A stretch of DNA of 12,574 bases from contig JBMFMV010000055.1 in assembly GCA_049970495.1 (NCBI GenBank), positions 1 through 12,574 on the forward strand, written 5' to 3'. Positions within the stretch are counted from its first letter, which is position 1, and every line of letters starts with the position of its first letter. The position numbers and the translations under genes were made by a program. The notes below the pieces were generated by a model, which searched no databases, was not told the origin of the DNA, and worked only from the letters and a program-made list of their open reading frames with translations. The DNA comes from a bacterium. Its GTDB lineage: Bacteria > DUMJ01. This document shows positions 1 through 7,589 of this stretch, one piece after another.

Positions 1-207
1 TTAGAAAACTCTAGTTTTTTAATCCAACTTTTCATAGTATTCTTATTATACAATGGTGTACCATAGAAAAGATGGATCTCCTTCTGCGGAGTTCCTACTC
101 TTCCTCTCATTGTGATTCATACTCCTTCTTCTATAATAGTAGTCTCACATGTTTAGCAACTTTTGCAGTTGTAGACTCGTAACTGTTGTAAATCTGGTTG
201 ATAAAAT

Positions 208-236
208 TTTAAAGACCTTCCCCCTTATGCTAAAAT
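208..236 (+). promoter_or_regulatory. Putative sigma70-type promoter upstream of the MFS-PHP operon
   Basis: TTTAAA (208-213), 17 bp, TAAAAT (231-236) with an extended -10 TG at 228-229. Confidence 0.45.
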
Positions 237-275
237 ACTACCCTGTAGTTAACCTTATATGAAAGGAGGCAAGAA

Positions 276-358
276 GTCCCTAAAGGATTCTCTTCTTGAA
301 AAATGATTATATCTTAGAATCAACAAGGTCTTGTTTTTATGCATCTATTGGGCTAGAA
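276..358 (+). pseudogene. Possible decayed N-terminus of a TetR/AcrR-type regulator
   Basis: Orphan SD AAAGGAGG (262-269) lies 6 nt before GTC CCT AAA GGA TTC TCT TCT TGA (VPKGFSS*). A shifted frame from 296 reads LKNDYILESTRSCFYASIGLE, resembling the TetR helix-1 pattern ILExAxxLFxxxG. Resemblance judged by eye only. Confidence 0.25.
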
Positions 359-395
359 TTTAAAAATAAAAACCTTAATAAAAGGAGGAGGACAG

Positions 396-1544
396 ATGAA
401 TAGAAAATTGTTGTACTTCTTTATATCGTACTTTATCTCTTTAGTCTTGGCATTGAACTTTCAACTTATACCTCCGCTAATTCCTCATATAATTAGGGAA
501 TGGAATATAACGCGCTCCCAGGCAGGACTAATAACAGGGACGACCGCTATGCCACCAATGATCCTTGGACTCTTTGGGGGATATTTTTTAGATAAGTTTG
601 GCAATAAGAAGCCTATAATTGTAGCTCTATCTTTTTATCTATTAGGGGAAATTCTATTCCTTATAGCAAATAATTTCAGATTCCTCCTTTTATCAAGGAT
701 TGTAATTGGGTTTGGGGCAAGTATCCTTGCAATAGTAGGATTAAGGATACTTGCAGAAGAGTTTCAAGGAGAAAATCTTGGTAAAGCAGTAGGGTTTTGG
801 AGTACGGGTCTTCCAGTTGCCGTCTTAATCTCTTTTAATATCTTCTCCCCAATAGCAAATAGATTTCACTGGAAGACCCCAATGATTATTCTTTTAGCAT
901 TTACCTTCTTAGTGCTTATCTTGATCCTATTTTTCTATAAAGAGAAGCAGAATAAGATAGAGGATAGTAAGGTAGAGTTTTTAGTTTCTGTTAAAGAGAT
1001 GCCTAAGGATGTATGGTTTTTAGGGATGGTTTGGTTTTTATACAATGCAGGTTCCCTATCATTTTTAACCTTTGCTCCTGACTATTTTATAAGTAGAGGC
1101 CTTTCTCCAACTTACGCCTCATCAATTAGTAGCCTCTATATGTTAGGGTCTTTTTTATCGCCCATTACAGGATATCTTTTAGATAGGACGAATAGACATA
1201 ACTTAATCATATTTCTGGGGGCAATCTTGTTATCTATCTTTTTAATACTCATATATTTTTTAAATTCCCCTATAATGATAGTGATAGCAGGAATATTCTC
1301 CGTATTAGTCCCGCCTAGCGTATTCTATCTGCTACCAAAACTCACTGACAAATATGGACTGGGATATGCTATACTAAGCATCTTTGTTAACTTGAGCACA
1401 GTCACTGTTCCTTATCTAATAGGGTACACTAGAGATATATCTGGAACATATCTTATAAGTTTTCTTCTTATGTCAGCCTTTATTTTCTTATCAGGTCTAC
1501 TCGGATTAAATCTAAGGATTAAGGAGGAGATAGAATTATCATGA
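396..1544 (+). CDS. Major facilitator superfamily transporter
   Basis: 382 aa, about 12 hydrophobic segments. MFS motif A-like GYFLDKFGNK and GYLLDRTNRH in the two halves, motif B SRIVIGFG. SD AAGGAGG at 382-388. Confidence 0.93.
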   Translation: MNRKLLYFFISYFISLVLALNFQLIPPLIPHIIREWNITRSQAGLITGTTAMPPMILGLFGGYFLDKFGNKKPIIVALSFYLLGEILFLIANNFRFLLLSRIVIGFGASILAIVGLRILAEEFQGENLGKAVGFWSTGLPVAVLISFNIFSPIANRFHWKTPMIILLAFTFLVLILILFFYKEKQNKIEDSKVEFLVSVKEMPKDVWFLGMVWFLYNAGSLSFLTFAPDYFISRGLSPTYASSISSLYMLGSFLSPITGYLLDRTNRHNLIIFLGAILLSIFLILIYFLNSPIMIVIAGIFSVLVPPSVFYLLPKLTDKYGLGYAILSIFVNLSTVTVPYLIGYTRDISGTYLISFLLMSAFIFLSGLLGLNLRIKEEIELS

Positions 1545-2851
1545 ATACAGATGTAGAAGTTCTTATTCAGGGTCTAAATGACCCTGAGGTAAATAACAGA
1601 TTATCCAATCTAAAGAGGCTTAAGGAATTAGTAGATAAGGGTTATATCCCTAAACCTCCTATAAATGAATACGCAGTGAATAATCATATACATACAACAT
1701 ACTCCTTTTCCCCGTATTCACCAACAAAATCTATATGGATGGCTTATAACGCTGGCCTTATGACTGCTGGTATAATGGACCATGACTCCATAAGTGGGGC
1801 AAGAGAGTTTATATCTGCAGGTAAGATTATTGGAATAGCAACAACCATTGGGGTTGAATGTAGGGTTAGTTTTGCTAACACACCTGTAGAGGGAAGAAAG
1901 CTTAACAATCCTGATCAGGAAACAGTTGCCTATGTATCTCTACATGGTATACCACATACACGGATAGATGGAGTAAAAGAGTATTTTTCTAAGTATCAGG
2001 CAGAAAGGAATAAACGTAATAGATTAATGGTGGAAAGATTAAATAAAATAATGGAACCATTCAATATAGAGATAGATTTTGACAATGATGTGGTCCCTAT
2101 ATCACAATATAGAGATGGAGGAACAATAACAGAGAGACATATCCTCTATGCACTATCGCTAAAACTTATAGAAAAATTTGGAAAGGGAGAAAGACTTGTA
2201 AGTTTTCTGAAGGATAATCTAGAGATAAATCCTACCAAGAGGATAGAGGGTTATCTCTTAGATGCTGACAACCAATACTATGACTATGATCTATTAGGAG
2301 CACTAAAGGCAGAACTTGTCCCTAGATTCTTTATACCAGCTACAACAGAATGTCCAGATGTTAGGGAGATAGTAAAATTTTCTAAAAAAATAGGTTCAAT
2401 TCTAGCCTATGCATACCTTGGAGATATAACTGAATCGGTCACCGGAGATAAAAGGAGCGAGAAATTTGAAGACGAGTATCTAGACCTATTATTTGAAGTG
2501 CTTAAGGACCTTGAATTTGATGCCGTAACATATATGCCTTCTAGAAATACTCTAGAACAACTAAAGAGGGTAAAAGGTCTCTGTGATCAGTATGAACTCT
2601 TTCAGATAAGTGGAGAGGATATAAACTCCCCAAGACAATCTTTTATATGCGAAAAATTGAGACTAGAAGAGTTTAGAAATCTAATAGAATCTACATGGGC
2701 ACTGATAGGTCATGAGATGTCGGCAACAGAAGATATTAATAAAGGGATGTTTTCCGAAGAGACGAAAAAGAAATACCCAAGCCTTAGTAAGAGGATAGAG
2801 ATATATGCTGAAATAGGAAGAAAGAGTTTCAAAAGAGAAGCTTATAGCTAA
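1541..2851 (+). CDS. PHP (polymerase/histidinol phosphatase) domain metal-dependent hydrolase, substrate unknown
   Basis: Motifs NHIHTTYS (HxH), MDHDS, GVE and LHG. ATGA overlap with the MFS stop. SD AAGGAGG at ~1521-1527 inside the MFS gene. Confidence 0.85.
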   Translation: MNTDVEVLIQGLNDPEVNNRLSNLKRLKELVDKGYIPKPPINEYAVNNHIHTTYSFSPYSPTKSIWMAYNAGLMTAGIMDHDSISGAREFISAGKIIGIATTIGVECRVSFANTPVEGRKLNNPDQETVAYVSLHGIPHTRIDGVKEYFSKYQAERNKRNRLMVERLNKIMEPFNIEIDFDNDVVPISQYRDGGTITERHILYALSLKLIEKFGKGERLVSFLKDNLEINPTKRIEGYLLDADNQYYDYDLLGALKAELVPRFFIPATTECPDVREIVKFSKKIGSILAYAYLGDITESVTGDKRSEKFEDEYLDLLFEVLKDLEFDAVTYMPSRNTLEQLKRVKGLCDQYELFQISGEDINSPRQSFICEKLRLEEFRNLIESTWALIGHEMSATEDINKGMFSEETKKKYPSLSKRIEIYAEIGRKSFKREAYS

Positions 2852-2882
2852 AAAGATAGGAGCTAACAGTATCATTTGAGAT

Positions 2883-2909
2883 GTAGGGGTTCAAGGACTT
2901 GAACCCCTA
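2883..2909. repeat. GTAG-type REP-like palindrome, probably also a bidirectional terminator between convergent genes
   Basis: GTAGGGGTTCAA-GGAC-TTGAACCCCTA: perfect 11-bp stem (2884-2894/2899-2909) with 5' GTAG tetranucleotide and no clean poly-U tail. Confidence 0.6.
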
Positions 2910-2918
2910 TTAAATTTA

Positions 2919-3419
2919 TTAGAAACTATTCCACCTTAACACTTCATCTAAACTCTTTTTAGCTACCTGTCTATTCTCTTCTGCAGGGTATCCAACTGCT
3001 ATAAGCGTCATAAGCTCCATATTCTCTGGACAGTTCAATACCTCTTTTATCTTCGGTGATTGAGACTTTTTATAGACATTTATCCAGCAAGTTCCTAGCC
3101 CATAGCTTTGAGCTGCTATAATCATATTCTCAGTAGCAGCACAGGCATCTTCAAGGGCAGTTTCTGCATCTTTTTCACAGAATACCGCAATGCAGGCACC
3201 TGCAGAACTTATAAACTTTCCAGAAGTAGTTGCGTTAGCAACCCTTTCTTTCATCTCTCTATCGACTACAACTACAAAGACCCAAGGCTGTTTGTTATAA
3301 CCAGAAGGAGCAAGTCTGCCACAATCTACTATGTCTTCTAGAATCTCTTTAGGAATCTCTTTGTCCAAATATCTTCTTATACTTCTTCTTGACTTTATAA
3401 CTTCTATTAGTTTATTCAT
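2919..3419 (-). CDS. Nitroreductase family flavoprotein
   Basis: RRSIRRY FMN-binding motif, APSGYNKQPW, and ENMIIAAQSYGLGTCWI. Start moved from 3458 to ATG 3419 (MNKLIE) because SD AAGGAGG lies at 3430-3424. 166 aa. Confidence 0.93.
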   Translation of the reverse strand: MNKLIEVIKSRRSIRRYLDKEIPKEILEDIVDCGRLAPSGYNKQPWVFVVVVDREMKERVANATTSGKFISSAGACIAVFCEKDAETALEDACAATENMIIAAQSYGLGTCWINVYKKSQSPKIKEVLNCPENMELMTLIAVGYPAEENRQVAKKSLDEVLRWNSF

Positions 3420-3538
3420 TAGCCCTCCTTTTTGAGACATTATTAAATATTTTATCATTAAATCATATACTAGAAATTCCAGTAGAGTTGTTCTGAAAAC
3501 TCAACAAATTAATTAGGTTTTTAGATATAATGAGTATT

Positions 3539-3679
3539 ATGAAAAGACAGGTCCGTAGATTTCTAGATATAGACGATAAGAAAAGTATAACCTCAATGAA
3601 GATATTCTTCCTAGTAATCTTTGGGCTTTCAATATTAGTAGTTGTATCTTCTATAGGTCATCTACTAAGCCTAAAATAG
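3539..3679 (+). CDS. Unannotated small single-pass membrane protein (46 aa; 49 aa from ATG 3530)
   Basis: MKRQVRRFLDIDDKKSITSMKIFFLVIFGLSILVVVSSIGHLLSLK*: basic N-terminus plus one hydrophobic helix. TATAAT at 3526-3531 lies 7 nt before the ATG. No SD. Confidence 0.5.
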   Translation: MKRQVRRFLDIDDKKSITSMKIFFLVIFGLSILVVVSSIGHLLSLK

Positions 3680-3730
3680 TCTGATCTTATGATAAAATAT
3701 GAGTGCGCAATTAAAAAGGAGGAGACTTTT

Positions 3731-5446
3731 ATGAAAAAAAGGGGTCTAAAGTTTATCCTACTAATCCTTATTCTACTTTCTTCTTCTACAGGATACTATG
3801 GATGTGAATGTCTCGATATTACTCCGCCTAGTATACAGATAATAGAACCAGTTGATGGGGCAACTGTTAGCGGAATAACAATTATCCAAGCCGTTGCTTA
3901 TGATAACCGAGGAGTGTCTAAAGTAGAATTCTATATAGATAATAATAAAGTAAGCCAGTCTTCATCTAGTCCATATTACTATAACTGGGATACTAGTAGT
4001 TTAACTTATGGTTCAACCCATACTATTCAGGCAAAGGCTTATGATAATGCAGGTAATGTGGGAGAAAGTCCCATTATAACTGTAACTATAGGGGATGATT
4101 TATCTCCTATAGTGTCAATAACAAATCCTGCCAATGGCTCTACAGTATCAGGGAATGTTCCTATCCAAGTTCAAGTTATAGAGAGAAACAAAAGGGCACC
4201 AAGTGGAATAGCCAAGGTAGAATTCTACATAGATGATAATAAAGTAGGAGAAGATACTTCAAGTCCATACGAGTATAGCTGGAATACGAACACAGTAAGT
4301 GATGGAAAACATACAATAATGGTAAAAGCATACGATAATGTGAATAATGTTGGGATCGACAGCATTACTGTCTATGCACGAAACAATATCAGTCAAGCCA
4401 AGTGGACATTTATGGTCTTTATGAATGGTGATAATGACTTAGAAAATTATGTTGACAAAGATCTAGAAGAGATGAAATCAGTAGGCTCAACTAATGAAGT
4501 AAATATCATAGTTCAACTTGATAGACACTATCAACCTGGGGCTTGGAGATACAGAGTCATAAATGGTGACTTACAAGAGTTTTGGTCAAGTAATGAATTA
4601 GACTTTGGCTCTCCAGATACCCTAAGAGACTTTGTCGATTGGACAAGGACTTATTTTCCTGCAGATAAATACGCATTAATCATCTGGGATCATGGCGGAG
4701 GATGGAGGATAAAGACCTTAGGGTTAAGAGGAATATCTTATGATGATACCTCTGATACATATATGACTATGTCCCAACTAAAATCTGCCTTAAGTCAAAT
4801 TGGTATAAAAATAGGTATTTTAGGTATGGATGCCTGCCTTATGGCAATGACAGAAGTTGCATATCAGATAAAAGACTATGCTTATTATTTAGTAGGCTCA
4901 GAAGAAAGTGAACCAGGGACAGGATGGCCATATCATAATATTCTATCTGCCTTAGTATCTAATCCATCTATGAGCCCATCGACACTTGCTTCTACAATAG
5001 TTGAAAAATATAAAGACTACTATAGTCTATATAACCGTGTTACTCAGTCTGCAATAGACTTAAGTAAAATTTCTAACTTAAAAGATGCATGTAATAAGTT
5101 AGCATCAACATTGAAAGAGAATATGAGTTTTTATAAGACAGAGATTTCTTATGCTATATCAGTTACCCAAGCTTATAGCTATCCTGACTTTCGTGACCTG
5201 TATCATTTTGCCAAGAATATATGCGATAAAATAGATAATATTTTAGCAAATAATGTAATGAATAACGTAGATTCAGCTGTAATAGCAGAATGGCATAGTA
5301 ACGATTTAGCTAATTCTCACGGTATATCTATATGGCTTCCATCTCCTTATTATTACAACTATTATCTCAGCACCTATCAAACTCTTGATTTTGCAACTGA
5401 CACAAACTGGGACGAATTCTTGGGGGCACTTTATTCGACACCGTAA
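3731..5446 (+). CDS. Secreted/lipoprotein clostripain-family (peptidase C11) cysteine protease with two N-terminal bacterial Ig-like domains
   Basis: Signal peptide MKKRGLKFILLILILLSSS with possible lipobox YYGC. Two Ig repeats (KVEFYID...SSPY.Y.W.T...HTI..KAYDN..NVG). C11 motifs KWTFMVFMNGDNDLE, WDHGGGW (catalytic His), MDACLMA (catalytic Cys), GSEESEPG.GW. SD AAGGAGG 3716-3722 supports start 3731. TGnTAAAAT at 3690-3698. Confidence 0.9.
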   Translation: MKKRGLKFILLILILLSSSTGYYGCECLDITPPSIQIIEPVDGATVSGITIIQAVAYDNRGVSKVEFYIDNNKVSQSSSSPYYYNWDTSSLTYGSTHTIQAKAYDNAGNVGESPIITVTIGDDLSPIVSITNPANGSTVSGNVPIQVQVIERNKRAPSGIAKVEFYIDDNKVGEDTSSPYEYSWNTNTVSDGKHTIMVKAYDNVNNVGIDSITVYARNNISQAKWTFMVFMNGDNDLENYVDKDLEEMKSVGSTNEVNIIVQLDRHYQPGAWRYRVINGDLQEFWSSNELDFGSPDTLRDFVDWTRTYFPADKYALIIWDHGGGWRIKTLGLRGISYDDTSDTYMTMSQLKSALSQIGIKIGILGMDACLMAMTEVAYQIKDYAYYLVGSEESEPGTGWPYHNILSALVSNPSMSPSTLASTIVEKYKDYYSLYNRVTQSAIDLSKISNLKDACNKLASTLKENMSFYKTEISYAISVTQAYSYPDFRDLYHFAKNICDKIDNILANNVMNNVDSAVIAEWHSNDLANSHGISIWLPSPYYYNYYLSTYQTLDFATDTNWDEFLGALYSTP

Positions 5447-5453
5447 CATAATC

Positions 5454-6023
5454 CTACTTGCACAGTTCTGACTCTACTAATTGACATATTGTATGGATAA
5501 TCACTATATGTATCTCTTGAACTCTAGGGGTTGAGTTTAGTCTAACTATTATAGGTACATCCACTAAAGGAGCCAATTTCCCTCCATCATATCCCAAAAG
5601 GCCAATAGTCTTTATAGAGAGATCTTTTGCTGTATTAACTGCAGATATCAAATTTGATGCGTTTCCACTTGTAGAGATTACAATAAGCGCATCTCCTTTA
5701 TCTCCTAGAGCCTCTATCTGCCTAGAAAAGACCTTATCAAATGAGTAATCGTTTCCTATAGCGGTAAGGATTGATGTATTTGTAGTAAGTGCTATACCAG
5801 GTAGAGCTCTTCTCTCTTTCAAAAATCTACCTATAAGCTCTCCAACAAGGTGTTGGCTATCACCAGCCGAACCACCATTACCAGCTACAAGAATCTTATT
5901 ACCAGTTCTCAATGTCTCTATAAGTAGCCGGGTAGCCCTCTCTACAGAAGAGATCAGTTCTTCATTTAGAAGGATACTTCTACATTCATACACCTCTCTG
6001 AATATATCCCTTATACTATCCAT
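5454..6023 (-). CDS. gmhA: D-sedoheptulose-7-phosphate isomerase (phosphoheptose isomerase, SIS fold)
   Basis: GNGGSAGDSQH, TAIGNDYSFDKVFSRQ, ISTSGN and PRVQEIH are GmhA motifs. SD AAGGAG at 6040-6035. Confidence 0.9.
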   Translation of the reverse strand: MDSIRDIFREVYECRSILLNEELISSVERATRLLIETLRTGNKILVAGNGGSAGDSQHLVGELIGRFLKERRALPGIALTTNTSILTAIGNDYSFDKVFSRQIEALGDKGDALIVISTSGNASNLISAVNTAKDLSIKTIGLLGYDGGKLAPLVDVPIIVRLNSTPRVQEIHIVIIHTICQLVESELCK

Positions 6024-6109
6024 ACGTTCAGTCTCTCCTTTCCTATTGGGAAAAGTCTATACTATGTATTATATTATATATAATAATACTATTGTGAGGT
6101 GAGATATTC

Positions 6110-7114
6110 ATGAAGTATAGATTATTTTATTCCCTATTATTCTGGATTTTTCTAATGTTTATCTTTCATACAAGAATTATTGCCACGGATAAAAAACTAC
6201 CAATATCTCGTGGAGTAAATATGGGCAATGCCTTAGAGGCTCCAGTAGAGGGACAGTGGGGGGTAATAATAAAGGATGAGTATTTTAAGTTGATAAAGAA
6301 CGCTGGTTTTGACCATGTAAGAATACCGGTTAGATGGTCAGCACATGCGGATCCAAAACCCCCATATACCATTGAAACTAGCTTTTTTAACAGGGTAGAC
6401 CATGTGATAAATGAAGCACTAAAGAATGGACTCTATGTAGTCTTAAATATACACCACTATGAAGAGATGATGCAAAGACCAGAACAACATAAAGATAGAT
6501 TTCTAGAAATCTGGAAACAGTTGTCTATACGCTATAAAGACTACCCAGAAACTCTCTGGTTTGAACTTCTTAACGAGCCATGTAATTATCTAAATAGCAG
6601 GCTCTGGAATCAGTATCTAAGAGAGGCTATAAACATCATAAGAAAAACAAATCCTACAAGGAAAATCATAGTGGGTCCTACGGATTGGAATAGTATATAT
6701 AAACTGAATGAGTTAGAGATCCCAAAAGATTCCAATATAGTTGTTACCTTCCATTACTATAATCCATTTCAATTTACACACCAAGGAGCAGAATGGGTAA
6801 GTCCTTCTCCACCTGTAGGAACTAAGTGGCTTGGAACAGCGATAGAGAAACTTATAATCTCAGGTGAACTAGATATGGCAGTTGAGTGGTCGAAGAAAAA
6901 TAATAATATTCCCCTATTCTTAGGGGAATTTGGCGCATATAGCAAGGCAGACATGGATTCTAGAGTAAGATGGACTTCTTACGTAGCTAGGTCTGCCGAA
7001 CAGAGGGGCATTGCCTGGTGCTACTGGGAATTCTGCGCAGGATTCGGCATCTATGACCCTGTTAGAAATGAATGGAAAACCCCTCTACTTAGGGCATTAA
7101 TACCAGAGAAATAG
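6110..7114 (+). CDS. Glycoside hydrolase family 5 endoglucanase (Thermotoga Cel5A-like, probably GH5_25) with N-terminal signal/TM segment
   Basis: GVNMGNALEAP.EG.WG, HVRIPVRW, NIHHY, ELLNEP (acid/base Glu), FHYY, LGEFG (nucleophile Glu), YWEF. SD GAGGTGA at 6096-6102. Confidence 0.93.
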   Translation: MKYRLFYSLLFWIFLMFIFHTRIIATDKKLPISRGVNMGNALEAPVEGQWGVIIKDEYFKLIKNAGFDHVRIPVRWSAHADPKPPYTIETSFFNRVDHVINEALKNGLYVVLNIHHYEEMMQRPEQHKDRFLEIWKQLSIRYKDYPETLWFELLNEPCNYLNSRLWNQYLREAINIIRKTNPTRKIIVGPTDWNSIYKLNELEIPKDSNIVVTFHYYNPFQFTHQGAEWVSPSPPVGTKWLGTAIEKLIISGELDMAVEWSKKNNNIPLFLGEFGAYSKADMDSRVRWTSYVARSAEQRGIAWCYWEFCAGFGIYDPVRNEWKTPLLRALIPEK

Positions 7115-7126
7115 AGCAAAAGCCCT

Positions 7127-7452
7127 TTATTGTATAGGTATAAAGCTTATCTCTGAACCAACTACAACTTCTCCTTCCCTAATAGCCAAAGCAGGAACAG
7201 ATTCAACTCTAATTCTTTTCTTACTTCCATCAGGCATACTTACCTCTACAATAGATTCGAAAGGCCTTGGTCCTGGAAAAGAGAAAGCAATCTGGTAAAT
7301 TTTAGAAATATCTACCTCGCCAACGACTACCCTTTTTCCCAAAATAGTAAAGGCTACCCTCTTTACCTTTATATTAATCCTATTGTCATTAGGATCGTAG
7401 AAGATAAAAATAACCAGAAAAGAATGCCTAATATAGATCTCGATGCCTTTAT
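7127..7452 (-). pseudogene. Disrupted gene for a probable secreted/membrane-anchored beta-rich protein
   Basis: SD AGGAGG (7463-7458) is followed 5 nt later by ATA (7452), opening IKASRSILGILFWLFLSSTILMTIGLI* (stop 7371-7369). A second frame, open from 7453 to 7127, carries ...YDPNDNRINIKVKRVAFTILGKRVVVGEVD...IPIQ*. The listed TTG start (7342) has no convincing SD. Confidence 0.55.
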
Positions 7453-7484
7453 ACTAACCTCCTGTTTGAAATTCTACAAGACCC

Positions 7485-7513
7485 ATCATAACTATATTCT
7501 TAAAAGGTGTCAA
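7485..7513 (-). promoter_or_regulatory. Near-consensus sigma70 promoter of the disrupted minus-strand gene
   Basis: Minus strand TTGACA (7513-7508), 17 bp, TATGAT (7490-7485). Confidence 0.7.
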
Positions 7514-7523
7514 GCTTTACATC

Positions 7524-7553
7524 TTGACAAATATATTCAAGTTATGTTAAATT
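7524..7553 (+). promoter_or_regulatory. Sigma70 promoter of the peroxiredoxin gene
   Basis: TTGACA (7524-7529), 18 bp, TAAATT (7548-7553) with extended TG at 7545-7546. Confidence 0.65.
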
Positions 7554-7589
7554 ATTTCTAGCTAAAAATTATTATCAGGAGGTGTTAAA

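Noticed and set aside
1..200. Minus-strand frames: MRGRVGTPQKEIHLFYGTP... from ATG 110 running off the edge, a 24-aa ORF from ATG 120, and an upstream YNCKSC
   Set aside because: No recognisable family, SD spacing is awkward for both ATGs, and there are multiple stops. It could be a truncated or decayed gene but cannot be supported.
2681..2875. 64-aa minus ORF
   Set aside because: Antisense shadow of the PHP gene.
3108..3341. 77-aa plus ORF
   Set aside because: Antisense shadow of the nitroreductase.
6166..6954. 68-aa and 61-aa minus ORFs
   Set aside because: Antisense shadows of the GH5 gene.
7454..7489. Amber read-through (pyrrolysine) joining ATG 7489 to the 7127 frame across a single TAG at 7456-7454
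   Set aside because: The ATGs lie inside the predicted -10 box and so would not be transcribed. There is no SD for them and no pyl genes are in view.
7540..7576. PerR/Fur box upstream of peroxiredoxin
   Set aside because: Only generic AT-rich sequence, with no convincing 7-1-7 inverted repeat.
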